DNA from: Cyanophora paradoxa CCMP329
Taxonomy: Eukaryota; Plantae; Glaucophyta
Direction of reading: 5' to 3'
NCBI GenBank assembly: GCA_004431415.1
Contig: QPMI01000527.1
Span: forward strand, 135,619-199,618
Length of the DNA stretch: 64,000 bases
This document shows positions 37,903 to 49,100 of this stretch, in pieces (within the stretch, counting starts at the first letter, position 1; each line of letters starts with the position of its first letter). The notes below the pieces were generated by a model. The model was not told the DNA's origin and did not search any database. It saw nothing but the letters and a program-made list of their open reading frames with translations. The position numbers and the translations under genes were made by a program.

Positions 37903-38772
37903 GCAGCTGCTTCATGATCACGACGGCCGGCAGCACAGCCTCCTCGATAGCGCACGCACAGCGCAGCCAGCACTGCTCGCATCCAGCAGATCTAGATAGA
38001 ATAACTTATCCCCTAGGCCTGACGAGACAGCGTGTGTTTTGATTCCCGTCTAGCAGTTTTCGCATCCGATGATCGTCCATATTGCTTAGTTGTTCATCCA
38101 ATTCAGGGTTTCCAACAGCGATCGCGCGACTGGAATCGTTCTATCGTTCTATAGCTAGGTTTGCGCGTTTAGATTCATGATCATGACAGCGCAGGCAGCA
38201 GTGTTTCGATCCACGGCCAGCTGTCACGTATAAGTAGTATTGCGGTTTATAAAATCGAACCTCTAGATCTGACTCCCATCCAGTTATCAATTTTATATGA
38301 TCATCATCTCTCGTGATCTCGACATGAAGGCTCATGATCATCTCTCGTCATCATGCATGTAGGTGCTGAAAGTACCGATTTTGTGCTTTTTCTTGAACGC
38401 GAAGTAGATGCAATATACAGATGCACGAGTGCTGTGCATCTTGGTGTGTGCTCGCCGAGTCGGAAGGTGTAGTCAGCGATCGATATCTGGAACTTCGGGA
38501 TCTTGGGACTCCGGGAATGCATTGCAATTAATATTGATATTGCAATTGCGCATGCACATGAGCGTCGCGATCGGATATGGCCCTGCACCCGCGCGGCCTG
38601 CAGCTGCATGCACATGGCACGGGCCCATACACTGCATGTGATGCGTACGTATACGCATATGCGCTGCTATATCCCCGGCTCGAGCTCCAACTCGCGGCCA
38701 TGATCATGATCATCATTTATTCAAATACAGCTCTGGCATGCTTACGTTAAATCTATAAGATAATCTATAGTC

Positions 38773-38900
38773 TCGCGCCGCCGCCCGCCGCGCCTCCGCC
38801 GCGCCCGGCGAGCCGCGCCGCCGCCCGCCGCGCCTCCGCCCCGCCCGGCGAGCCGCGCCGCCGCCCGCCGCGCCTCCGCCCCGCCCGGCGAGCCGCGCCG
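38773..38900. repeat. GC-rich minisatellite, about 38-bp unit, 3 copies
   Basis: Tandem CGCCGCCGCCCGCCGCGCCTCCGCCCCGCCCGGCGAGCCG units; related units at 8920-9030 and 39290-39510. Confidence 0.7.
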
Positions 38901-39007
38901 CTGGCAAGCCGCTCCGCCCGTCGAACCTCCATTCCGCGCGGTCGCGCGCGCCGCCCGCCGCGGCCCGGAGCCCGCCGCGGCCCGGAGGCCTCGCGCCGAG
39001 CCCGCCC

Positions 39008-39275
39008 CACGCGCCCTCGCCGCGGATCGTGCGGCGGAGCTGCGGTCGCCCGCCCCGCCGGTCAGGGGAGGACGGGGATCGAGCCCGCCCGGCGGGCAGA
39101 GGCCTAGGGGCGGGGGCACCTGAATATCCTGCGCGCGGATGCGGCGGGCGGCGTCAGCCGCCGTCCGCGGGGGAAGGGGCGTGCCCTGGGCTGGACGGTC
39201 GTGCGGCTGCGGTGGATCGCCACGAGGTTGGACCCCACAAAGGTCTGGACCAGGTGCATCTCGGCCGCCTCGCGC
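39008..39275 (-). pseudogene. Partial duplicate of the H3-like 3' exons
   Basis: REAAEMHLVQTFVGSNLVAIHRSRTTVQPR / DIQ / LRRTIRGE; duplicates 39649-39930. Confidence 0.8.
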
Positions 39276-39648
39276 CTCCGCCGCCGCCCGCCGCGGCCGA
39301 GCCGCGCCGCCGCCCGCCGCGCCTCCGCCCGCCCAGCAAGTCGCGCCGCCGCCGGCCGAGCCTCCCGCCCCGCCCGGCAAGCCGCGCAACCGCCCGGCCC
39401 GCCCGTCGGGCCTCGCCGCCGGCGAGCCGCGCCGCCGAAAGGCCTCGCCGCCCGCCGCGCCTCCGCCCCGTCCGGCGAGCTGCGCCGCCGCCCGCCGCGC
39501 CTCCGTCCCGCGCGGTCGCCCGCGCCGCCCGCCGCGGCCCTGAGGCCTCGCGGCCCGCGCCAGCCCGCCCCACGCGTCCTCGCCACCCGCCACGCCTCCG
39601 CCCGCCGGGCCGCCTCGCGCGCCTCACAAGTCTTGCAGCCGAGCCGGC

Positions 39649-40680
39649 CCCACGCGTCCTCGCCGCGGATCGCGCGGCGGAGCTGCGGTCGCCCGCCAAG
39701 CCGGTCAGGGGAGGACGGGGATCGAGCCCGCCCGGCGGGCAGAGGCCTAGAGGCGGGGGCACCTGAATATCCTGCGCGCGGATGCGGCGGGCGGCGTCAG
39801 CCGCCGGCTCGTGCGCGCGCGAACGCGGGGGAGGGAAGCGTGCCTTGGGCTGGATGGCCGTGCGGCTGTGTTGGATCGCCATGAGGTTGGCCCCCTCAAA
39901 GGTCCTGGTCGGGTGCATCTCGGCCGCCTCGCGCAGCGCCTCGATCGCCTCCTTTTGCCAGCGCAGGTCCTCGCAGGCGAAGCCGGCCTCGCGCCGGCGC
40001 TTGGACTCGTCCCGAGCCAGCTCCTTGACCTGCGCCCCGCCCGCCCCCGTCGGCCTTGCCTCCCGCCCCGTCCCGCGCGGCCGCCCGGGCGGGCGCACCG
40101 GGCGATCGAAGGGCGCGTAGGCGCTGGTGCTTGTGGTGCTTGTCGGGAGCAAGGGAGGCGAGGGGATTGAAGGTCTTCTGGTGCCTGCGGATCTGAGGGA
40201 GCGCGGGACCGGTCGGGGACGAAGGAGGCGAATGGGATGAGGACGGGCGCTGGTTGTCTCAAGAGAGGGCGCCGGGGCGGACCTCGCTGAGGGCGACCGT
40301 TCGTCCCTGGGCCCGGGCCCGGCGCACGCAGCGCTCAGCCGCGGAGCCGGCGGGGTCAGGCGGGGGGGGTCGGAGTGGCGCACCCGGGCGGTGCCTGCGG
40401 GCGGGCGCGCGGGGCGTGCGGGGGTTAGGCGGTGCAGGACAGAGAGAGGGGGCGGGGGGACGGCGGGGCCCGGCGGGGGGATCGGGGCGGCGCACCGACG
40501 GGCGGAGCCCGCGGCGTAAGGCGTTGCGGGAAAGAGGGGGCGGGGGGGCGCGCTCGCGCTTCCGGCGGACCTGTGCGGCCTCTTCAATGCCCCCGGCGGC
40601 GGGGGCGCTCTTCCGCGCGGCCTTGGTCGCCCGGCGCCTCCTCGGCGCCTTGCCCCCGGTCGACCTCTTTGCCGTCTGCT
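39649..40680 (-). pseudogene. Histone H3-variant / CENH3-like relic, copy 2
   Basis: [104 protein letters not shown] / DIQ / LRRAIRGEDA. Confidence 0.88.
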
Positions 40681-41853
40681 ACCGCCGCTGCCGCCGCTGC
40701 TCCCGACCTCGCCTGCGGGAGCCTGTATTTCAGCGTCGGCCGGCGGGGAAAAGGGAGGGGAGGGGGTTCGCGCGAAGCGCCTCACCGGGGAGCGGCCGGG
40801 GGGGCGAAGGATTCGGGGGTAGAAAAGAAGGGGCGGGGGCGCCGAGGGCGGGCCCCGGGCGGCCCACCCTCCGGGGACGAAGCGGGAGGGGGGCGGGCGG
40901 CCGGAGGACGGCGCGGGACACCCCCGCGGCCCGACCCTCGGATCCTCCAGGCGATCGCCCCCTCTCGCGAGCGTCGGATCGACGGCGGCCTGCATGCCGG
41001 GTGAGGAGAATCAAACAATCGACCCTAGCGGCCCATATGGGCGCACCGGCCGACGGCGGGACCTCGTCCGGCCGATCGGGCTCGTCCTCGCGGTTCGTTT
41101 AGAATAAAGATCGGGCCGAAGTGGCGCCCTAAGGGGGGGTACGTGCACACCAGCGCCGCACCTCACCTTCGATTCAGGACCCCGTTGTCGCTTCTCCCCG
41201 CCAAATCGACCCCGGGGAATCGATTGGCGGGGTCGGCGGGGGGCGTAGAGGGGGTACTGGAGCGCCAGGTAGGGGTCGGGGATTTGATGGCGGCGGAACC
41301 TTGTCAAACCCGAGTCAACCGCAGCCTATGGGTGTTGGGAGACGATGGGGAGGGGTTTGAGCGCACTCTGCCGCTCCGGCGCCGAGCGACATGCTTTCGA
41401 ACGACCCGAGGTTGCTGCCGCGCGGCTTCTGCCGACCGTAGCGCGCCCCAGAGGCCATCTGTGCACCCTAAGATCGTACGGAGAGCGTTTGCCCGCGCGG
41501 GGCGGGCGGGAACTCCGTGCGTTCGCAGGATGCGCCAGCGACCGCGCGGCGGCTCGAGGAGCGAGCGGCGAACGCGGACCGATCGGGCATGGAATGAGAG
41601 CCGCAAACGCCACTAGACTCGTTCCCGATCCGCCAGGCGTGCAACCTGTGACGAAGAGCCCACGTCAGCTTTTCATCGAGCGAAGCGCGCGAGCGGCGCA
41701 CCTGCGACGACGTCTGGCTGCGGGCTGTAGGACCGGGAATGCTGGTCGCCTCTCAAGGCTCAAGCCTCAAGGCTCAAACCTCAAGCCAACTTGGGGGTAC
41801 AAGGACTCAAAGGCGCGCGGCTCTGCTGCATGGCTACGACGCTTCCGTGAACG

Positions 41854-43650
41854 ATGTCGTCCTCTCGCGTGCGGAGAAGCGGGCTCGTGTCGATGAGGCA
41901 GCGGCGGCCGCGGCCGGCGACTCGAGGCAGGCGGCAGCGGAGGCGACGCGCCCGCAGCCGCGCAAATTGCGGGCGTGTTCGATGCGCTGCCGGACGCGGT
42001 GGCGAGCAACGCGTTCGAGTCGCTCGGGCCGCGTGCGATGTGGCCCCTGCGCGGCGTGTGCAGGTCCGCCCCCGCGCTCCTGATCGAATTCGTTGCCGAG
42101 GCCGCCGGGTCGCAGGCGGTGGCGGCGGGTGATCGAGGAGACGGAGTGGTCAAGCTTTGAGCTGCGGACGGACGAGGAGAAGTCGGCTGGCTCGGCGCCG
42201 TCGAGCCACGACGCCGCCACGGCGCTCGTGGAGAAGCGGAAGCTGCGGCTCGGCGACGGCGCGAGCGTCTCGCTCGGGGCCGGCTAGCGCGAGGTGGAGG
42301 CGGCCTGCGGGCTCCTCGCGTCCATCGTCCGCAGCGGCGGCGGCGGCGGCGGCGGCGGCGGAGCGGCGCCTGCAGCTGCGCAGCCGCGGGAGGTGGTCTT
42401 CGCGATCCTCGGATCCGAGGACGAGGACGAGGAAGACGGCTGCGGCGAGGGCTTCCTGAGGTGCTTCGTGCTCGGAGCGCTGCGGGCGCTGCGGCCGCCG
42501 GGGGGCGCCCCCGGCCGCCTCGAGGGGCTCCACCTTTGCCTCAAGAATCGGGTCTACGCGCAGACCCGCGGCCGGATGGACGTGCCGCTGCCGCCGGGAG
42601 ACGAGCTGCGGGCCGCCCTCTCCCCGTTCGGCGAGCTCCGCTCCCTGACGCGCTACTTCCAAGCCCACGACAGTGGAGCCACGCCGGAGGCCGCGGCGGC
42701 GGCCGCCGCCGCCTGCCCGCTCCCCCGCTCCCTCAGCTTCCGCCCCGACCTCGCTTCGGAGTCGGCGGCGCTGGCGGCGCTCGCGCCCCTCGCGCGCCTC
42801 GAGCGGCCCGCGCCGCTCTTCGGCGCCGCGCGCTCGGACCTCTGCCTCGCGGCGGACGCCTCCGGGGGCGGCTTCGGGCCGATCGCGGGGGGCCCCGCCG
42901 GCCGGAGCCTCCGCAGCCTCTGCCTCCTCGACGAGGAGCTGGTCCGCTCGCTGGTGCGCGGCCCTCTCGCTCTCACTCCCTCCGATCCGCCTCATTCTTC
43001 TTGAAGTCCTTCCCGCAGGTCGGATGCCTTCCCGAGGCCCTCGGGCATCGCCGCCCCCCGCTTCTACCGCCTCAGGAGAGCGGATCCCTCCGAGGCCGCC
43101 GTCCGCGCGCTGGCGTGCCTGCCGAGGCTGGAGCGACTGGAGCCGCTGGGGGTACGCGTGCGACCCCGGCCCGCGCCCGCGCCCGCCTCGCCTCGCCTCG
43201 CCTCACCGCCCTCCGGCTCGCAGCTGATTCTGAACCGCGTGCCGCTGGAGACCGCCCGCCCGCGCCCTCGGTGGCGCCGCGGGCCTGCGCGGGCTCCCCC
43301 TCCGCCTCGAGGACGGCGGCCTCGCCGCGAGCGCGGCCGCCCGGCCCGGCCTCTCCGGTGCTCTACGAGCTCTACGGTGCGCCCACCCGCTGCGCCGGAT
43401 CGGATGTGATCTGATCTGATCCATCTAATCCATCTGATCCGACCCCCTAGGGAGGGGGGACGTCGTCGCCCTCCCCTCCGGCGCCGGCGCCCGGCGGGCC
43501 CTCGCCGAGCTCGACGCGGTCCTCCGGCGGCCCCTCTCCGGGGCCGAGGCGGGGGCGGCCGCCGCCCTCCCCGGGGGCCCCCCGCCGCCTCCTCCTCTCC
43601 GCTCGGCTCGAGCCCAGCGCCGCCCTCCGACCCTACGAGGTGCCCCGCAC
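41854..43650 (+). pseudogene. F-box-like protein relic, copy 2
   Basis: VFDALPDAVASNAFESLGPRAMWPLRGVCR...WRRVIEETEW. Internal stop at 42285-42287 and frameshifts. Confidence 0.55.
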
Positions 43651-44119
43651 CCGCCCCGCCCGCCCCTCCCGCCCCTGAGCTTCTTCTTTCCCCACAGATT
43701 CTGGCTTCCTAACAGATTCTGGCGCGCCTGTGTCCCGAGGTCGCCATCAAAGTCGAGCTCGCGTGCGGCGGGGCGCAGGCCCTACCCTGACCGCCGAGCT
43801 ACCTCTTCCCCCCAGGCCTTCTTCTCTCTCCCAACCCCCCTCCCCCCCTCCTCGCGCACTACCTTCCCCCCTCCCCTCCCCCTCGTGCTTTCTTCCCCTT
43901 CCCCCTCGCTACCTCCCCGGCTTCCCCTCAACCCCCCCTTCGCCCCCCCCCCCCCCCCCCCCGTCTTCTTTCCCTCCCAACCCTCCCACCCCAACCCCGA
44001 CCCTGCCCCCCCCCCCCCCACCCACCCCCCACCCCCCCACCCCCCTCCCCCACCGGCGCCGGTCGCGGCGGAGCGACGACGGGCAAGTCGCCACATGGTC
44101 TCCTCCGCCACGCATGGTC

Positions 44120-44935
44120 GCCAGGGCTCCTCGGTCCTGCGGCCCCGGGCGCTCCTCGTCAAGGGCCAGCTGGCCTGGGCCGCCGGCGACGCCCGCGCGG
44201 CGGCGCTGCACTGGACGGACGCGGCGGAGCTCGCCTCGCGGCTGCTGATGCCGGAGGACCTCGCCCTCGCCTACTTCCACCTGGCGCGGCGGGCGGGGAC
44301 CTCGGACGGGCCCCTCACCGCCATCCGTGCCGACCGCGCCCGGCGGCTCTTCGCGGCCACCGGCAACTCCTGGTGCGCTCCGCTGGGACATGGGAAGTGA
44401 GAGATAGAGAACGCGGCTGACCGCTCCCGCTTGCAGGCTCTTCGGTCGGGCGATGACGGAGATCCACGTGGTCACGCCCTCGGCGGCCCGCGCGGCCGCC
44501 CAGGCCCGCGAGGCGCGGCAGGCGGCCGCCGCCGCCGCCGCTGCCGCCGCCGCCGCCTCCGCCCCCGCCGCGTCGTCGTCGGCGGCGTCTGCGAGTCCGC
44601 AGCGGCAGCCGCGGGCCTCGGCCAACATGTCGCCCCCTCCCCACCCGGCGGCGGCCGCCTCGTCCTCCTCGCCGCCGCCGGCCCCGCAGGCGCCGGCCTC
44701 GCCGGCGGGCAGCGGCAGCAGCTCCGTGGCGACCTCGGCCGCCCGCAGCCGGGCCGCCTGGGGCTCGCCGGCCCCGGGCCCCAACCCGGCCCCGGCCTCT
44801 CTGGACCCCGGGCCCCCGGCCGTCCTCTCCGCCCCCGTCTCCCAGTCCGGCTCCGCCCTCTCCGACGGCTCGGCCCAGGGGCCCCCGCCCCCGCCCGAGC
44901 CGGCCCCGGCGCCCGCCGTCCAGATGCGCTCCTGA
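44120..44935 (+). pseudogene. 3' fragment of the TPR gene, third copy
   Basis: Near-identical to 22575-23397. Confidence 0.8.
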
Positions 44936-45174
44936 CTAGCTCGCCGGGCCGGGCCTCGCCCCTAACGCTAGCTGCGCATGCTGCTTTTAGATTATGCCTG
45001 TACATGTGTATATGCGAGTAGGAGCGCCTTCAGCGTCGGGGTGCGAGCAGCCTCGAGCTCGAGCTCGGAGCAGCCTCCGAGCAGGCCCTAGCACGTAATT
45101 CCGGTCGACCTACAGGCTATAGCTCGTCGAGCAGGGTACCGGTCAAACGGCACATGGCAATATTAATTTTATAT

Positions 45175-45586
45175 GTTATTTTGCTTTTTTGTCTTTATGC
45201 CCCCTGGGCAGCCCCCGCAGTGCTGCCACTGTGCTGGTGTCTAGAGACTGTGGGCCTGTGGCCGGTAATTCACCAAAAAAAATTAATTTTGTCCTCCGCT
45301 TCTTAGTGATGTAATTCCTTCCGATATTGATGGTATCTCTAGCTCTGGCTCTTCTTCGTGTCAGTCATCCTCTGTCCCTAGATCTGCTCGATTTCTCGTC
45401 TCTTCTCGATCTGTCTCGAGCTCTGTGTCTTTCCTTTTTTATTGTCGATTTTGGCTCTTTGTCTTATCTTTCTTCGTGCTCTTGTCTTAGTTATTTTGCT
45501 TTTTTGTCTTTATGCCCCCTGGGCAGCCCCCCGCGCGCAGTGCTGGTGTCTAGAGACTGTGGCCGGTAATTCACCAAAAAACAAAA
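45175..45586 (+). mobile_element. Two tandem LINE-A 3' fragments (45175-45282 and 45285-45586)
   Basis: Each ends in GGCCGGTAATTCACC + A-run. The second matches the reverse complement of about 1771-2070. Confidence 0.9.
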
Positions 45587-46179
45587 CTGCATCATGATCA
45601 TCATCATGATCACCTGCAGCTGTACCCCCTCGCGGATCCAGCATCATCCAGGCTGCAGCTGCAGCCTGCAGCCTGCAGCCTGCGGAGCTCGAGCCAGCAG
45701 CCGCGCCAGTCTCGCCGGCGAGAGTCGCCGCCAGACTGCCAGAGGCTGCATCTGCAGTCTAGTCTAGATCTAGATCTGCAGCTGCCGGCGACTCGGTCTG
45801 CCGCGCGCGCTCTGTGAGCGAATTCGAATAGCCAGCAGCTGCAGCGCCACACGCTCGCCGACGCCGTTTCCTCGTCGACTCGGCGAGGATGTCCGGGATA
45901 GGCCGCGGGCGCGGCCGGTCGGCGCGTCCTGGTGCGCCGCGCGCGCTCCGATTCTCGCCCTCGAAGTCCCGGCCCGCGCGTCGCTGACCGCGACCGGCTC
46001 TCCAGCTGCAGCTGGATGGCTTCCGAGTGCGATGGATGCGACCCCTGCGGCGGTAACCTTCGTCCCGTATGGGAGCGGTGCGCAGACCTACAAGGACCCA
46101 CTAGGACGCTCCCAGCTGCAGCTGCCGGACGCTGGTCGGCGCCGGCCTCGCTCATGCATCCGCAGGTTCTGCCTCGCCG

Positions 46180-49100
46180 ATGGCCGCCGCCGCGGCCGGC
46201 GACGTCGACGACCGCGTCCCGCTCCTCGCCGCGGCGCAGAGCACGTCGCCGTCCAGCGCTGAGCTGGCGCCGGCCTCGGCTCCCGAACGAAAAGCCGCCT
46301 CCAGCACAGCTCCAGCGCCCACAGCGCCGGCCGCGGCCGCGGCCGCTTCCCTTGGAGCTGGCACGGCTGGCGCGGCTGCAGCCGGAGCCGCCGGCGTCGG
46401 CCAGCTGCAGCCTGCCAGCGCTGCTAGCGCGGCGTCGCCCGGGGTCGAGCCATGGATCCATGCCGCTGCGACGGGGGACGTCAACGTGCTTCGGTGCGCT
46501 TCCTCCCCCTCCCCTCCATCCCCCCCGCCATACCCCCCCCTCCCCCTCATCGATATTGCCACATGTACAACCCCCCCCTCCCCCCCCCTCCTTCCCCCCT
46601 CCCCAATATTTTGGACGTCAACGACCTTAAGTGCGCCGCCCCCCCCTCCCCCCCTCCTCCCCCCCTCCCCCCTCCTCCACCCCCTCCCTACCCCCTCCCC
46701 TGCCGCCGCTCGCCCCCCCCTCCTCCTCCTCCCCCCCCCCACCCCCCCACCCCCACCCTTCCCACATTGCACTTTGGATCGAAGGGCCTCGCAGGGCGAT
46801 GCTGCAGGGAGGCCGGCCGGTCGACGTCGATTCAAAGAACGAAGAAGGCCTCACCGCGCTCTACATCGCATGCGAGAACGGCCACGAGGCCGCAGCGCGG
46901 CTCCTGCTCGAGCGCGGCGCGGATTCGATGCGGCCTTGCGGCGAAAGGGGCAGGCTCCCAATTCACGCGGGAGCCGCTGGCGGGCACGAGCACATCGTGA
47001 GGTGCCCTGCAGGAATCCTGCATCATCCTTGCCAACCAAACACCCCTGCAGGCTTCTGCTAGGGCGCGGGATTCCTGTGGATGTGAAGTCCAGACGAGGG
47101 GCTACGGTCTTTTACATTGCATGCCAGGAAGGCCGCGAGGCCATGGCGCGGCTCCTGCTCGAGCGCGGAGCGGATACCTCGCTGGTGGACGAAAAAGGCT
47201 GGCACCCCCTCCACATCGCTTCAAACAACGGGCACGGAGCAGTTGTCAGGTGCGGCGGGCCCGGCTTTGCTTTCCACCGTCGGACTGCATGCGATCTCGT
47301 GCGCCGGCTGCAGGCTGCTGCTGGAGCGGGGGGCGCCGGTAAATGCAAAGGACAAGAACAATTTCACACCACTCTTTTGTGCAGCCGAGATGGGTCACGT
47401 GGATGCCGTGCAGCTCCTGCTCGAGCGCGGAGCAGACCCTGCGCTCCCGTGCGGTCCCAACGGCTTCCACCCCCTCCACATTGCTTCAAACAACGGGCAC
47501 GGAGCCGTTGTCAGGTGCGGCGGGCCCGGCCCTGCTTTCCACCGTCGGACTGCATGCGATCTCGTGCGCCGGCTGCAGGCTGCTGCTGGAGCGGGGGGCG
47601 CCGGTAAATGCAAAGGACAAGAACAATTTCACACCACTCTTTTGTGCAGCCGAGATGGGTCACGTGGACGCCGCGCGGCTCCTGCTCGAGCGCGGAGCAG
47701 ACCCTGCGCTCCCGTGCGGCCCCAGCGGCTCGCAGCCCCATCATGTTGCTGCAATGAATGGACACGGAGCAGTTGTCAGGTGCGGCGGGCCCGGCCCTGC
47801 TTTCCACCGTCGGACTGCATGCGATCTCGTGCGCCGGCTGCAGACTGCTGCTGGAGCGCGGGGCGCCGGTGGATGCAAAGGACAAGAGCGGTCTCACTGC
47901 GCTCTCTTTTGCAGCCCGCAACGGTCACGTGGACGTCGCGCGGCTCCTGCTCGAGCGCGGAGCGGATCCTGCGCTCCCGTGCGGTCCCAGCAGCTTGCAG
48001 CCCCTTCGCATTGCTGCAATGAATGGACACGGAGCTGTTGTCAGGTGTGGCGGGCCCGGCCCTGCTTTCCACCGTCGGACTGCATGCGATCTCGTGTGCC
48101 GGCTGCAGGCTGCTGCTGGAGTGCGGGGCGCCGGTGGATGCGAAGTGCGAGAGCGGTCTCACTGCGCTCTCTTATACAGCCCAGAACGGTCACGTGGACG
48201 TCGCGCGGCTCCTGCTCGAGCGCGGAGCAGACCCTGAGCTCCCGTGCGGTTCCAGGGGCATTCAAGCACTTCACATCGCTGCTGAGTTGGGGAACGGAGC
48301 CTTTGTCAAGTGCGGCAATCGAGAGCTCCGGGGGACTGTTTTTGCTTTCTGACTGCACGATTGTGTGCTCCGACCGCAGGCTTTTGCTGGATCATGGGTC
48401 ACCGGTGAATGCAAAGACCAACACAGGTTCCACGGCACTCTCTTCTGCGTCCCGTTATGGTCATGAGGCCGTGGCACGGCTCCTGCTTGAGCGCGGCGCG
48501 GACCCCAGTCTGGACGACAACGAAAACAGGCTGCCCATTCATGCAGCTGTCGTATCCGGGAACATGCCTCTCTTCAAGTACGTATTATTGATAAGCCTCT
48601 GAGCCGTGGCCGCATCCATCCAGATACCTGACAAGCTCGCTGCAGACTCTTCCTCGAACTCGGGAACCCGTGACGGCAACCTGCGACAAAGGGAAAACGA
48701 TATTGCACATTGCCGCCATATATGGTTGCGTTGATATAATCAGGTGCCCGATCATGATGATGACTGTGCATATGCTAGCGCTCTCACGTTTGCTTGAGCT
48801 GAATTGTTGGTGCAGATTAATATTGAGCCTGCAGCAAGGGGCAGAGCTGGAAGCGGTAGATGAACGTGGTTTCACACCGCTTATGACGGCCTGCTGGTCG
48901 GGCAGGCGCAAGCGACGCGCTGTTTTCTGGAAGCGGGCGCTGCGTGGGACAAAGAGGACAAAGAGGGAGTGACAGCTCTAGAGCTCGCCCTGCGGTGGCG
49001 GCAAGGCGCCCTCCTCGACCCTTTCCTCGAGTGTCCGCGCGTCTTGTTCACCGCAGCCAAGCTTGCTACTATTTGCGGGCAAATCGTAGACGCTGTCGCT

